A stretch of DNA of 64,000 bases from Bacillota bacterium (GTDB lineage: Bacteria > Bacillota > Ch66 > Ch109), in assembly GCA_050952625.1 (NCBI GenBank), contig JBMNLH010000002.1, forward strand, positions 1 to 64,000, in the 5' to 3' direction. Under the pieces are notes generated by a model. That model saw nothing but the letters and a program-made list of their open reading frames with translations. It did no database searches and was not told where the DNA came from. This document shows, one piece after another, positions 30,540-40,223 of this stretch (position 1 is the first letter of the stretch; each line of letters begins with the position of its first letter). The position numbers and the translations under genes are program-made.

Positions 30540-31418
30540 CTATATTACAAAACTTTCTATGTAGTCATCACACGTTTTGGGGAAACGTTTCCGGCTTAAT
30601 CGGTTAATCGTTTCTCTAACCTGGCCTTTACGGGTCAGTATAAAATCAATCAAGGCTGACTGTTCTTCTTCATATATCCCCCAATCCAACGGAATATCAA
30701 CCATGATAGATTCCAGATGTTCGCGTTGCAGGCTTTCCACCCGCTCCAAAGACTCCGAGAAAACATCACCGATCAATAACGGAGCCATAATACGATAAAA
30801 ATTGCCAAATAGAGGCTTAACCGGCAGAGCGTTTTGTCGAAGCTCCTCGACGGTCCATTCAGGTCCCATAAAAGCATGCCCATGATCAATTAACAATAAG
30901 CGTGGGGGAGTATCTTCGATTAATAATACGTTATCCCCATGGCAGGAACGATCCCAATTATTAATTAAATGATCAAAAACCACGATGGAACCTAGCAGGC
31001 TAGGATTATTCAACTTTTCCAATCTAGTTTGCGTGGGACTGGCTACTGCTTTTTCATAAAATAAACTCCCAAACTGGAGTCCGCCAACAAAGGGACGTCG
31101 GGCCATATCTGGCTCAAAATCAATAAACATCTGCGGAACCCTGACCACCTCAAACTCTCCAACCGGCACCCCTAACAACATAGCTAGCCGGGAAGCAATC
31201 AACTCATTGGGCAGTACCCGTGGTCCCTGGATGTTCCCTTTAAATTTGACTACGTACTTTCGACCATCATCAAATAAGATTAGTTGCGCTTTGGAGCCAC
31301 TACCTTGCATCGGACAGATTTGGGTTACAGCCACTGGTACCCCCGCGGGATCGACGACTGGTCGGTAACGCCGTTTAACCCAGTTAATCGGTCTAGACGA
31401 TCCGAAAGCAGTATTCAT
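30540..31418 (-). CDS. HipA-family (HipA_2-like) atypical kinase
   Basis: G.S.AQL, YVVKF, NELIA..LA..LG, FD.LINN.DR...N.L and LIDHG.AF motifs. Confidence 0.8.
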   Translation of the reverse strand: MNTAFGSSRPINWVKRRYRPVVDPAGVPVAVTQICPMQGSGSKAQLILFDDGRKYVVKFKGNIQGPRVLPNELIASRLAMLLGVPVGEFEVVRVPQMFIDFEPDMARRPFVGGLQFGSLFYEKAVASPTQTRLEKLNNPSLLGSIVVFDHLINNWDRSCHGDNVLLIEDTPPRLLLIDHGHAFMGPEWTVEELRQNALPVKPLFGNFYRIMAPLLIGDVFSESLERVESLQREHLESIMVDIPLDWGIYEEEQSALIDFILTRKGQVRETINRLSRKRFPKTCDDYIESFVI

Positions 31419-31624
31419 CCGGGTTCACCATCCTTTCCATTCACAGGTCCCAGAGCATTATTTCCCGAAACACTAGTGTCGAGATATATCCTATTTCCCA
31501 ACAATCTATTTCATTGTTTTATGGACGTGATCCACACTCTCTAATGAAAGGATTTTTTCATTACAGATAGTATAATCGCCGTCTATTATCTCCCCCATTA
31601 AAATGCAGTGAATTCTCGGTGTGT

Positions 31625-32245
31625 CTAAAGACTCTTACCCACCCGACACCAACCTTGCTTCAGAGCAATTACCAGATCTTGTATGGTACTTACCTTTACA
31701 TTTACTATTGAATAAGCCAATCCAACCTCCACTGCTGCATGAGCATCACTTCCTCCCACCATCGGTAAGCCCATCTCTTTCGCCAATTCTACCGCCTGGC
31801 GGTTTTCTTCATCATTACATCGAATATTCCAAACGTCAATCGCTGCCAAACCTCTGAGCTTGGCCATACGCCAGCCACCAGAATGCTTTTCTCCCTTCCT
31901 AAATGGATGGGCAGCAATAACTGCCCCACCCTGTTCGTTAACAAAGTCAATTAATCGCTGCGGGTCAAGCTGACCGGTTAACCCCTGTTTATTCCAAGAA
32001 TCATCCTGTACACCATAAAGGATAAAATGGCCGCAACTAGTAGAAGCCTCGGCACCTCGCAGAACTATTAGTCCGCTATCCTTGGCCACTTCTTCTACTG
32101 GAGCACTACTTAAGAAACTGTTATGATCTGTTATGCAGATTGCATCCATCCCTCTTTTTTTGCCCCATTTAATCAGGTGCTCGGGTTTAACTGAACAGTC
32201 AAAAGAGTACCGGGAATGCACATGGAGATCAATTTTAAAGGTCAT
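31625..32245 (-). CDS. PHP domain metallophosphoesterase
   Basis: DLHVHS..S.D, ITDHN, AHPF and GGSDAH motifs. Confidence 0.9.
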   Translation of the reverse strand: MTFKIDLHVHSRYSFDCSVKPEHLIKWGKKRGMDAICITDHNSFLSSAPVEEVAKDSGLIVLRGAEASTSCGHFILYGVQDDSWNKQGLTGQLDPQRLIDFVNEQGGAVIAAHPFRKGEKHSGGWRMAKLRGLAAIDVWNIRCNDEENRQAVELAKEMGLPMVGGSDAHAAVEVGLAYSIVNVKVSTIQDLVIALKQGWCRVGKSL

Positions 32246-32661
32246 TGTCTACCCTCTAATTAATAATCCCAATTAAAAATCCATTTATCAAAATAGTTCG
32301 TAAATTCGCGAAATATATCCCTACTCAAATATACGTATAGGTTGATTAAATCACTAGAAATACCAACTACTCCCCCTTAATTACATCATTAAGAATGATT
32401 CAAATGCATTCTGTTATTTTTCAGCATTCTTTCTCCAGTTCACTTTCAATATTGAATCGCTGCCAAAGCTTGTAACTCGTTATTTTTCTTAATTATATCA
32501 GAAAATTCAGGCTTGAAAATTATTTATTCGAAAAACTCTTAATCTTCAACCCGTGTTTGCCTCGGTCTGCTACTAACCGTAGGAATTAGAAGGCAGCCAT
32601 TTAGTGTAATTTAATGTGATCTATATTACTGTTAAAATTATTGCCAGTTTAATCCATGCCA

Positions 32662-32692
32662 GTAACCCTTTAGCAGATCTGCCCATATAATA
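32662..32692 (+). promoter_or_regulatory. sigmaK-like promoter GTAACC-N16-CATATAATA (copies at 33343-33373 and 33879-33909)
   Basis: Identical GTAACC, exactly 16-nt spacer and CATA(T/A-rich) box before each of three related genes. Confidence 0.65.
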
Positions 32693-32854
32693 TTAAAAAG
32701 TTTCTATCAAAGGGAGGATTTTGCAAAAGTGGAGATACTAAATAATCGTTTCTAATACCGTTGAAGTCATAAACTGGTCAAGAATAACGGAAGTACCAAT
32801 TTAAATGTTAAGAAACCTTTTTATATCATTTTAATTTAGGCAAGGGGTGAGAAC

Positions 32855-33310
32855 ATGAAAAGAAAAGTTGAGGAATTGCTAACCGAGCTATTACCGGGCA
32901 AAAATCGGATACCTGACGTGGTCATAATCATAAATAAAATATGCGATAAACATGACGACAAATGTGATCATGAACACGACGACCATAAGCACGATAAAAA
33001 GCACGATAAAAAACACGATAAAAAACATGATAAAAAACATGATCATAAACATGACGACGATAAACATAAAGACAAGAAAAAACATAGTAAGAAAGATAAA
33101 GATAAGGACAAAAAACGGTTCCAAAAAACATGTGATTTTGAAATAAAGATAATCAAAAAAGATCTCGATGACGTTGACTGTGAGGAAAAGGATAAACCCT
33201 CTGCCCTAGAACTGGTTGTTGCTCCTTCTATTACTTTAATACCCACTTTGACTGATTCCCTGGGTAAATCAATCGGGAGAAGAAAAAACCGGGGACACAA
33301 ACATTCCTAA
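32855..33310 (+). CDS. His/Asp/Lys-rich low-complexity protein, putative spore coat protein
   Basis: HDKK tandem repeats (12-bp units); GGGGTGAG RBS; sigmaK-like promoter upstream. Confidence 0.6.
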   Translation: MKRKVEELLTELLPGKNRIPDVVIIINKICDKHDDKCDHEHDDHKHDKKHDKKHDKKHDKKHDHKHDDDKHKDKKKHSKKDKDKDKKRFQKTCDFEIKIIKKDLDDVDCEEKDKPSALELVVAPSITLIPTLTDSLGKSIGRRKNRGHKHS

Positions 33311-33413
33311 TTCAAGAAAGTTTAAAAATTTTTTCCTTAGCAGTAACCCCCTGATAACCAAAACCATATAATGGAATGACTAAACACAATTTCTAATCAA
33401 AGGAGGATTAATA

Positions 33414-33647
33414 ATGGACTATCCGAAGATGCCTGAGTTAGTAACCCCAGAACTCGTCAACACGCTGGTGCAAAATGCTGGAGCTTTGAAAGATTTATTA
33501 AGTTCAGGAGATGAGGTAACCGCTATGGATAAGAAACACGATGGTGCTGCCACATGCTGCTGTCCTTTATTCCTAAAATTCAAATTCGTCTTATGTAATG
33601 TATGGATCTTTAACGAAAATGCAGAATGCCCCGATTTCCACGATTAA
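33414..33647 (+). CDS. Small Cys-rich protein, putative spore coat protein
   Basis: AAGGAGG RBS; C-terminal CCCPLFLKFKFVLCNVWIFNENAECP shared with the next gene. Confidence 0.7.
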   Translation: MDYPKMPELVTPELVNTLVQNAGALKDLLSSGDEVTAMDKKHDGAATCCCPLFLKFKFVLCNVWIFNENAECPDFHD

Positions 33648-33951
33648 AAATTCTTTGATAACAAAACTACTGCAAAACTATCAGTAGAAAACCCCTAAGT
33701 AATAATTTTCCTGTAATGACCGGCATTGTAAAAAGCTTTTCTCATAAGGCTTCCGCCGGTTTTTTTTTTGAAATTACTGTTTAAGCAGGATCATCATGCT
33801 GTGGTATTGGTTTTAATAATAACAAAAAAATAACTTGCTATGGAATATCAGTTATTTTCAACATATTATGATAAATCTGTAACCTTTATGGAACATCCAC
33901 CATATTATGGAACTACAAACAAATAAATAATTTGAAGGGAGGATTTCTCAG

Positions 33952-34388
33952 ATGACAAAAGAGGATATTAAGGAAATGATTACCCCGGATATTATTGAGG
34001 CACTAGCCGCTAATGTGGAGGCTCTTAAAGATCTTTTTGAGGAACGTAAAAAGAAAGACGATGATGACCGCTGGAAGAAAGATGATGACGACCGCAAGAA
34101 AAAAGACGATGACGACCGCAAGAAAAAAGACGATGACGACCGCAAGAAGAAAGATGATGACGACCGTAGAAAAAAGATGATGACGACCGTAAGAAAAAAG
34201 ATGATGACGACCGTAAGAAAAAAGACGATGACGACCGTAAAAAGAAAGACGACGACGACCGCAAGAAGAAAGACAAAAAGTGCTGCTGCCCCGAGTTTCT
34301 AAAATTCAAGTTTGTCCTGTGTAACGCTAAGATTTTCAACGACAATGTTGAATGCCCACCTCAGGGCAAAGGGTACAGACCATATTAG
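33952..34388 (+). pseudogene. KKKDDDDR-repeat Cys-rich protein with a 1-nt deletion at ~34168
   Basis: Restoring one A extends the repeats into KKCCCPEFLKFKFVLCNAKIFNDNVECP...PY*, paralogous to 33414..33647. Confidence 0.75.
34048..34262 (+). repeat. Nine 24-bp coding tandem repeats (KKKDDDDR)
   Basis: aagaaaaaagacgatgacgaccg(c/t) units counted directly; unit 6 is 23 nt. Confidence 0.9.
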
Positions 34389-34448
34389 AAAATCCTCAAC
34401 TAATTACCGCTGGCTTATCCCCGATAGTTATTTTTTAATCTGATTCAA

Positions 34449-34556
34449 AAGACCCCCACTTCTATATAATAAGTGGGGGTTACCTTGTTTTAGCTTCAGG
34501 TGGAATAGGGTCTCCATCTGAGGCCTCAATGTTCCGCGAAGCTGAACGGGTTTACT
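34449..34556 (+). repeat. Most complete copy of the dispersed IS-end/MITE-like repeat
   Basis: Hairpins cccccactt/aagtggggg and cttcaggtgga/tccatctgagg; similar to 17895-17983 and 25582-25646. Confidence 0.6.
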
Positions 34557-34666
34557 TTGATCTAATGTACACTAACCTAAGTTCTGGCTAGCATTAAGGT
34601 CTTAAATAATATAAACTAATTAAGTATTAGTCAAGTATATTAGATCTTAGTCTTAAGGAGATTATC

Positions 34667-35518
34667 ATGGCAGTTAAACTAGTGACTGACAGCACTGCTT
34701 ATATCGACCAAAAAACACAAAAAGACCTAGATATTAAAATCGTCCACTTAAGCGTCCATTTTCCAGACGAATCCTTTGATGAAACCATGGTCCCTTATGA
34801 TTACTTTTATCAAAAAATCGAAAAAGACAAAGTTATTCCCACTTCTTCCCAACCCACTCTGAAAGAAATCTATGAGGTTTTTAAAAAAATTATTTTGCGC
34901 GGTGAAGAGGTACTAGGTATTTTTATATCAGCCAAGATGAGCGGTACCTATGCCTTGGCTTTAAGTGCTAAACAGATGCTCATGGAAGAATACCCAAAAG
35001 CCCGCATCGAAATATTGGACTCAAAAAATAACTGCATGGCTTTAGGGATTCAAGTTATTGAAGCGGCTATGGCGGCTAAGTCTGGTAAAAAAATGTTAGA
35101 AGTGATCGCCATCGCTCAAAACATTATGAAAAGGATCCGCTTTTATTTTGTACCAGCCTCGCTGGAATACTTAATCAAAGGGGGCAGAATCGGTGGTGCC
35201 TCCGCCCTAATTGGTTCCCTGCTTCAGATTAGACCTATTCTTTACGTCAATGATGGCATGACCGATGTCCTGGAACGAGTCAGAAGTACTCGGAGAGCAA
35301 TCGACCGCATGTTGAAAATGCTAAATGAAGATGCAAAAAAACACGGGTTAAAGCACCTGGTGGTTCATCACATAAATGACGATCAACAAGGACGTGCCCT
35401 GGCTGACAAACTCGGAAAACTGTATAACCGCGATGTACCAGTATTACCAATTGGACCAGTTATTGGCTTACACGTAGGTCCTGGCACGGTTGGGATAGTC
35501 TACTCAACGGATGATTAA
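34667..35518 (+). CDS. DegV family fatty-acid-binding protein
   Basis: LVTDSTA, PTSSQP, S.KMSGTY, L.YL.KGGRIG and IGLHVGPG motifs. Confidence 0.93.
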   Translation: MAVKLVTDSTAYIDQKTQKDLDIKIVHLSVHFPDESFDETMVPYDYFYQKIEKDKVIPTSSQPTLKEIYEVFKKIILRGEEVLGIFISAKMSGTYALALSAKQMLMEEYPKARIEILDSKNNCMALGIQVIEAAMAAKSGKKMLEVIAIAQNIMKRIRFYFVPASLEYLIKGGRIGGASALIGSLLQIRPILYVNDGMTDVLERVRSTRRAIDRMLKMLNEDAKKHGLKHLVVHHINDDQQGRALADKLGKLYNRDVPVLPIGPVIGLHVGPGTVGIVYSTDD

Positions 35519-35520
35519 CC

Positions 35521-36219
35521 TCACCCGCCTAGATTCAACCGGGTAAAAAGAAGGGTTAACGGGATCGCGACAAAAATCCCGGGCAACAGATTGCCCACTT
35601 TGATTTCCTTGATTTCAAGAATATTCAAGCCGATGCCAACGATTAATAGGCCTCCGGTGGCACTCATTTCAGTTATGATTGGCTGGGAAATTATCTCCTG
35701 TAATAAACTGGCCGCCAAAGTAATTGCCCCTTGGTATAAAAAGACCGAAATTGCCGAAGCTAATACCCCGATTCCCATGGATGAAGCAAACACAATGGCT
35801 AAGATGCCGTCTAACAACGACTTGGCCATCAGGATGCTATGATTTCCCTTAAGACCGCTCTCGATGGATCCCATAATCGCCATCGCTCCAACACAAAAGA
35901 ATAGACTCGCACTGACAAAGGCCTTGGTAAAGTGCCCATCTTCACCGAGTGAGGCCTTATTTTCCATCCAGTTACCGAAATTTTTTAATTTTAGTTCAAT
36001 ATCTATTAGTTCTCCAATAACCCCCCCAATAACCAGCGAAGCAATCACCACAAAGGCATTATTCGTCTGTAGAGCCATACTGCCTCCGACTAAAAGCACG
36101 GCTAAGCCTAACCCTTGAATTAAAGTCGATTTCATCTTTTCCGGTAAAGCCTGTCCAAATAGCAGGCCTAAAGATCCACCTAGGATAATCGCCGCGGTGT
36201 TTATGATTGTTCCAAACAT
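35521..36219 (-). CDS. DUF554 (YdfK-like) membrane protein
   Basis: GTIIN...I..G, FV.ASL.FCVGAMAI.G, KS.LDG and IKVGNLLP motifs. Confidence 0.9.
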   Translation of the reverse strand: MFGTIINTAAIILGGSLGLLFGQALPEKMKSTLIQGLGLAVLLVGGSMALQTNNAFVVIASLVIGGVIGELIDIELKLKNFGNWMENKASLGEDGHFTKAFVSASLFFCVGAMAIMGSIESGLKGNHSILMAKSLLDGILAIVFASSMGIGVLASAISVFLYQGAITLAASLLQEIISQPIITEMSATGGLLIVGIGLNILEIKEIKVGNLLPGIFVAIPLTLLFTRLNLGG

Positions 36220-36237
36220 ATTGTTCCCCTTTACCAA

Positions 36238-36312
36238 ATAAAAAAGCACATCCAAAAGGGTGCGCAGATCATTTAAGAGTCTTTCAACCTTTTCCTACTG
36301 CCCTACCATCAT
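36238..36312 (-). promoter_or_regulatory. Riboswitch-like leader with terminator upstream of DUF554 (possibly the Na+/DUF1646 class)
   Basis: Minus strand gatggtagggcag...ggttgaaagact...ctgcgcaccc-tttt-ggatgtgc-tttttt: the 5' stem and the terminator are mutually exclusive. Confidence 0.45.
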
Positions 36313-36551
36313 ATAATGCATATAATGTTTCATAGTTTCATAAATAAGATTATCAACGTCAACTGTCAAAATATACTAAGATTATATACCAACCAACTAA
36401 ATTGTGTCATCAATGTATAAAAATATGTGCAAAGTCTTTGATATAGTACAAAATTGCGACAAGTAATAGAGTTGTCCAATTCGTCCGCAGAAATTGTATG
36501 AATGCCATTAAAATAAAAAACTGGTTGCATAATCTTTATTTTATCTTATAA

Positions 36552-36572
36552 TGTATATATAGAGTATACACA
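36552..36572. promoter_or_regulatory. YtrA-type GntR operator palindrome (TGTATA-N7-TATACA)
   Basis: Directly after a TATAAT -10 box upstream of the GntR gene. Confidence 0.55.
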
Positions 36573-36602
36573 GTATATTAGGTAAGATGAAGGAGCAACG
36601 CC

Positions 36603-36986
36603 GTGTTCATTACTACATCGGAGAATAATCCGATTCCGTTGTACCAACAGATAGTCGACCAGATAAGGAGCCAGATTATGATCGGTGAACTGAGAGCTGG
36701 AGATTCCCTGCCTTCAATCCGTCAACTAGCGAAAGATCTTACTACCAGCGTCATTACCACCAAACGGGCCTACCAGGAACTGGAGAGGGAGGGGTACATC
36801 TACACCCGGCCGGGTAAGGGCTCGTTTGTGGCCTCGATTTCACCGGAAAAGATAGAGGAACTCAAACGCCAGGTAGTCAGTGAACATTTGCGTCAGGCGG
36901 TGAAAGCAGCACACGTACTGGGTATAGAAAAAAACGTCCTAGGAGAGTTGCTTAACAAAATATTAAAGGAGATGCGGTATGAATAG
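36603..36986 (+). CDS. GntR family (YtrA subfamily) regulator
   Basis: PLYQQI, LPSIRQLA, TTKRAY.ELE.EG and GKGSFV motifs; short C-terminus. Confidence 0.92.
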   Translation: MFITTSENNPIPLYQQIVDQIRSQIMIGELRAGDSLPSIRQLAKDLTTSVITTKRAYQELEREGYIYTRPGKGSFVASISPEKIEELKRQVVSEHLRQAVKAAHVLGIEKNVLGELLNKILKEMRYE

Positions 36987-37860
36987 GCCGATACTAAAGC
37001 TGGATAAGGTGAGTAAAACCTATCCCGATTTTGCCCTGCGGGAAGTAAGCTTTGCGTTACCGGCAGGCTATATCATGGGGCTTATTGGCCCTAACGGAGC
37101 GGGAAAAAGTACGACTATTAAACTAATAATGAACTTTTTCCCGTTAGAGTCAGGAAAAATCGAGGTGTTTGGCTTAGATCATTGTGAGGAAGAAATTAAG
37201 ATTAAGCAGCAAGTTGGCTATGTTGGCGAATTTCAACAGTTTTACGGTGAAATGACCGTGAGTTGGCTAATCCGCTTCGTTAGCGGCTTTTATCCAAACT
37301 GGGATCAGCAGTACTGCCAGGAACTGGTCAATCGTTTTGGACTTAGACTCAATAAAACGGTTAATCAGTTGTCTAAAGGGATGAGAGTTAAGCTAGCCTT
37401 AACTCTAGCTCTGGCTCACCGGCCCAGATTGCTGCTGCTGGATGAACCGACCTCGGGACTAGACCCGGTAGTTCGAAAAGAATTCCTGCAGGAACTACTA
37501 GAGGTAGTCCAGGATGAGGAACGATCCATCCTGATTTCATCCCATATTACCGATGATCTGGAAAAGATAGCTGACTACATTACCTTGATTAATCAAGGTT
37601 CAATTGCTTTATGCCAACCCAAAGACCTGCTGCTGGATTCGTGGAAAAAAGTGGTTGTCAAGGATCGTCATTTGATTGAACGGTTAAATCCCTGGCTGGT
37701 TTACTGGGAGCCGGGAAGCAACGATCGGGTAGGCTATACGGATAATTTTCTGGAACTGCAACGTTCTTTTGCCCTTCAACTAGCAGAGGGGCAGATTGTC
37801 GCGGAATCCATTGACTTGGCGGATATTATGTCAGCCATAGTTAAGCGGGAGGGGAAATAA
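36979..37860 (+). CDS. ABC transporter ATP-binding protein
   Basis: GPNGAGKST, LSKGM, LLLLDEPTSGLDP and SSH motifs. Confidence 0.95.
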   Translation: MNRPILKLDKVSKTYPDFALREVSFALPAGYIMGLIGPNGAGKSTTIKLIMNFFPLESGKIEVFGLDHCEEEIKIKQQVGYVGEFQQFYGEMTVSWLIRFVSGFYPNWDQQYCQELVNRFGLRLNKTVNQLSKGMRVKLALTLALAHRPRLLLLDEPTSGLDPVVRKEFLQELLEVVQDEERSILISSHITDDLEKIADYITLINQGSIALCQPKDLLLDSWKKVVVKDRHLIERLNPWLVYWEPGSNDRVGYTDNFLELQRSFALQLAEGQIVAESIDLADIMSAIVKREGK

Positions 37861-38508
37861 ATGTTTAAACTAATCTACAAGGACCTTTACCAATTGCGCA
37901 AGCCATATCTTCTCTATTCTGGAATGCTGTTGGGTTTGTCAATGCTGGCAGATAGTTTCGCCAGCGGTGCTTTCCTGGCATTATATTTAGTAGTCGCTGT
38001 TTATGGGTTAACTTTGCGTAGTGCCTATTACGAGGATAAAGACAATGCGCTAACCTTCCTGAGAACTCTACCCATCCAAGCGAAAACCATCGTCATCGCC
38101 AAATACGTGACCGTAGCCCTGTTGCTTTTATTAGTCGGGTTGTTTGCCCTGGCGGTTGCGGCGGTATTTCACTTAATGGGAACCCCCCTGGAATCTGGTC
38201 TGTTAAGCTTTTGCCTGTTGGCAACAGCCGGCATCATGGTTTTAGTTAGCGTCTTTCTGGCCGTGTTTTTCCGTTGGGGCTATAATCAAGCGGTCAACAC
38301 AATCCGCTTACTATTCTTAAGTCTTTTCTTTATACCGATTATCATCAGCCGTTTCAGTCAGGTCCTCTGGCCACAGAATTCGAATCTGGTGGAGACACTG
38401 GGCTGGGTAATAACTCAACCTTTATTTCCTTACCTAATGGCATCACTCGTCCTGGGAATATACTTGATTTCGATGCTGTCTTCAATTAGGGGATTTAAGG
38501 TAGGGTAG
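37861..38508 (+). CDS. ABC-2 transporter permease
   Basis: LIYKD, LRTLPI...IV.AKY motifs; six TM segments; follows the ATPase. Confidence 0.85.
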   Translation: MFKLIYKDLYQLRKPYLLYSGMLLGLSMLADSFASGAFLALYLVVAVYGLTLRSAYYEDKDNALTFLRTLPIQAKTIVIAKYVTVALLLLLVGLFALAVAAVFHLMGTPLESGLLSFCLLATAGIMVLVSVFLAVFFRWGYNQAVNTIRLLFLSLFFIPIIISRFSQVLWPQNSNLVETLGWVITQPLFPYLMASLVLGIYLISMLSSIRGFKVG

Positions 38509-38610
38509 AACAATTTGACAATCTTTATAACAGGATATAACTAATAACACAAAAGAATTTAAATTTACTATAATCTCTGGTTTATCTCTTCAGAATTGGG
38601 TTGAGTGAGT

Positions 38611-39336
38611 TCATTTCTTACAGACATATTGGGCTAAAAAACCGTGTGTGTACTCTACGTGTTCTATGATGAAACCAGCTCGTGTTAATAGCCCTTCCAT
38701 AATCCAGTTGCAAGTTGAGTATTCCTCTCGAATAGCGGTTTCAATATCTCGGGCTAGTTCATCTCCATGTAATACCTTAGTTTCAGAAAGCCATTGGTCG
38801 AAAAACTCCTGGTAATGGTCGACCGCAAAGGAATAAACGGTGTCCCTTAAATAAAACCTTCCCCCTTCAGTCAACAGATTATAAATCCTTTTCAAGGCGA
38901 TCTGCTTCCAAAAATCCGGAAGATGATGCAACGCCAATTGACTAACAACGAAATCAACCGGCACCCCGGTATGCTGGTAAGTCAGAAAGCCTCCTTGGTA
39001 AAAGTCAACATTGCCGATATTGCCACGATCTTTCTTCTTTTTTTCAGCATACTCAAGCATCTTAACCGAAACGTCCAGGGCAATTACCCGCCGGCAATGC
39101 CTGGCAACCTGTAGGGCAAACTCGCCGGTCCCGGTACCAAACTCGATAAGGACGTGCTCCGGTTTAATGCCCAGCAGTTTAATTATGCTGGCTGTTTCCT
39201 GCTTGATATCACGCAGTTTCGCCATCTGTTTGTCATAAACTTCGATTTCTTTTACATTTGTGTAGTCCACGCCGACTTGTTTCATTTCATCATATAGCCA
39301 GGGAAAGGTTCTATTATTATAATTCTCCATATTCAT
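38611..39336 (-). CDS. Class I SAM-dependent methyltransferase
   Basis: IEFGTGTG, ALDVS..ML, ALHHLPD and L..GGRFYL.D motifs. Confidence 0.9.
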   Translation of the reverse strand: MNMENYNNRTFPWLYDEMKQVGVDYTNVKEIEVYDKQMAKLRDIKQETASIIKLLGIKPEHVLIEFGTGTGEFALQVARHCRRVIALDVSVKMLEYAEKKKKDRGNIGNVDFYQGGFLTYQHTGVPVDFVVSQLALHHLPDFWKQIALKRIYNLLTEGGRFYLRDTVYSFAVDHYQEFFDQWLSETKVLHGDELARDIETAIREEYSTCNWIMEGLLTRAGFIIEHVEYTHGFLAQYVCKK

Positions 39337-39463
39337 TTAAATTCTCCATCTCAGCCGCAAGGGTGGCGAGACAAATAGTAATAAAAATAAGGCTGCAAAT
39401 CCGAAAAGCTATAATCCTCCAGCGAAGTACCTGGATTAGATTTTGCCCGATTCTTCAATTTTT

Positions 39464-40145
39464 TCACCCACCGGATTCAACATCAACCATCTTCTCCATA
39501 TCCGCATAAAACCTTTGCTGTACTTCCTCGTCAGAAGGAATATCCGCTAAGCTATAGGGAAAGAATTCGACAAATCTCGCCCCTTTGTCGCTGTAGAATT
39601 CTATTGTGGCAGGGTCTAACTTCCCCTCTTTGATTTTTCCAACTGCTTTCATTCGCATATAGTAAGGAATAATCTCAATAATGTAACGGTTTATTTCATC
39701 CCGCCACTTGTTAATTTCCTGATCGACTAGCTCAAGAGCTGAGGGCGAGAGCGTATCTTGTTTTTGTTTTTTAAACTCAAGCAGCCCTTTTAAGACAGGA
39801 GAATCCTCGGCCTTCTCATAGTTTAGCGAAGTAAGCCCGTTAATATCAAAAATTGCTTCTACCGTGCTACTATCCAGCATTTGATGACTGATTACTTTAA
39901 CGTCTAATTCGTGAAGTTTTAAGTGCCTGACCTCCGCATCTTCCTTCATCAAATCGGTTATTTGGAGCTTGGAGCTGATCAACTACTTCTTGGGATGCTG
40001 GTACTCTATTGATAGATTGGATAATTTCTGAAAATAAGGAGCCATATACAGTATTGTATAATAATGCTCCCACTATAAAAACCAAGATAACGATTAGAAA
40101 ATATATTCTTATTTTTTTCTCAAGGGTTATCGAGGTTTTTTTCAT
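39464..40145 (-). pseudogene. Membrane-anchored hypothetical protein split by a frameshift near 39960
   Basis: Overlapping ORFs 39897..40181 (TM anchor) and 39464..39982; removing one C gives a continuous ...VDQLQA-QITDLMKE... Confidence 0.5.
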
Positions 40146-40223
40146 TAAAACTACTCCTGTAACAATCCGTGAAAATAACAAATACGACTATCAAAATTGT
40201 CAACGCCTGAATGAGGAGCGGAC

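Noticed and set aside
32891-34345. Hydrophobic or Ser/Phe-rich minus-strand ORFs (32891..33124, 33948..34145, 34025..34345)
   Set aside because: Reverse-complement artefacts of the K/D/H tandem repeats; RBSs and promoters support the + strand
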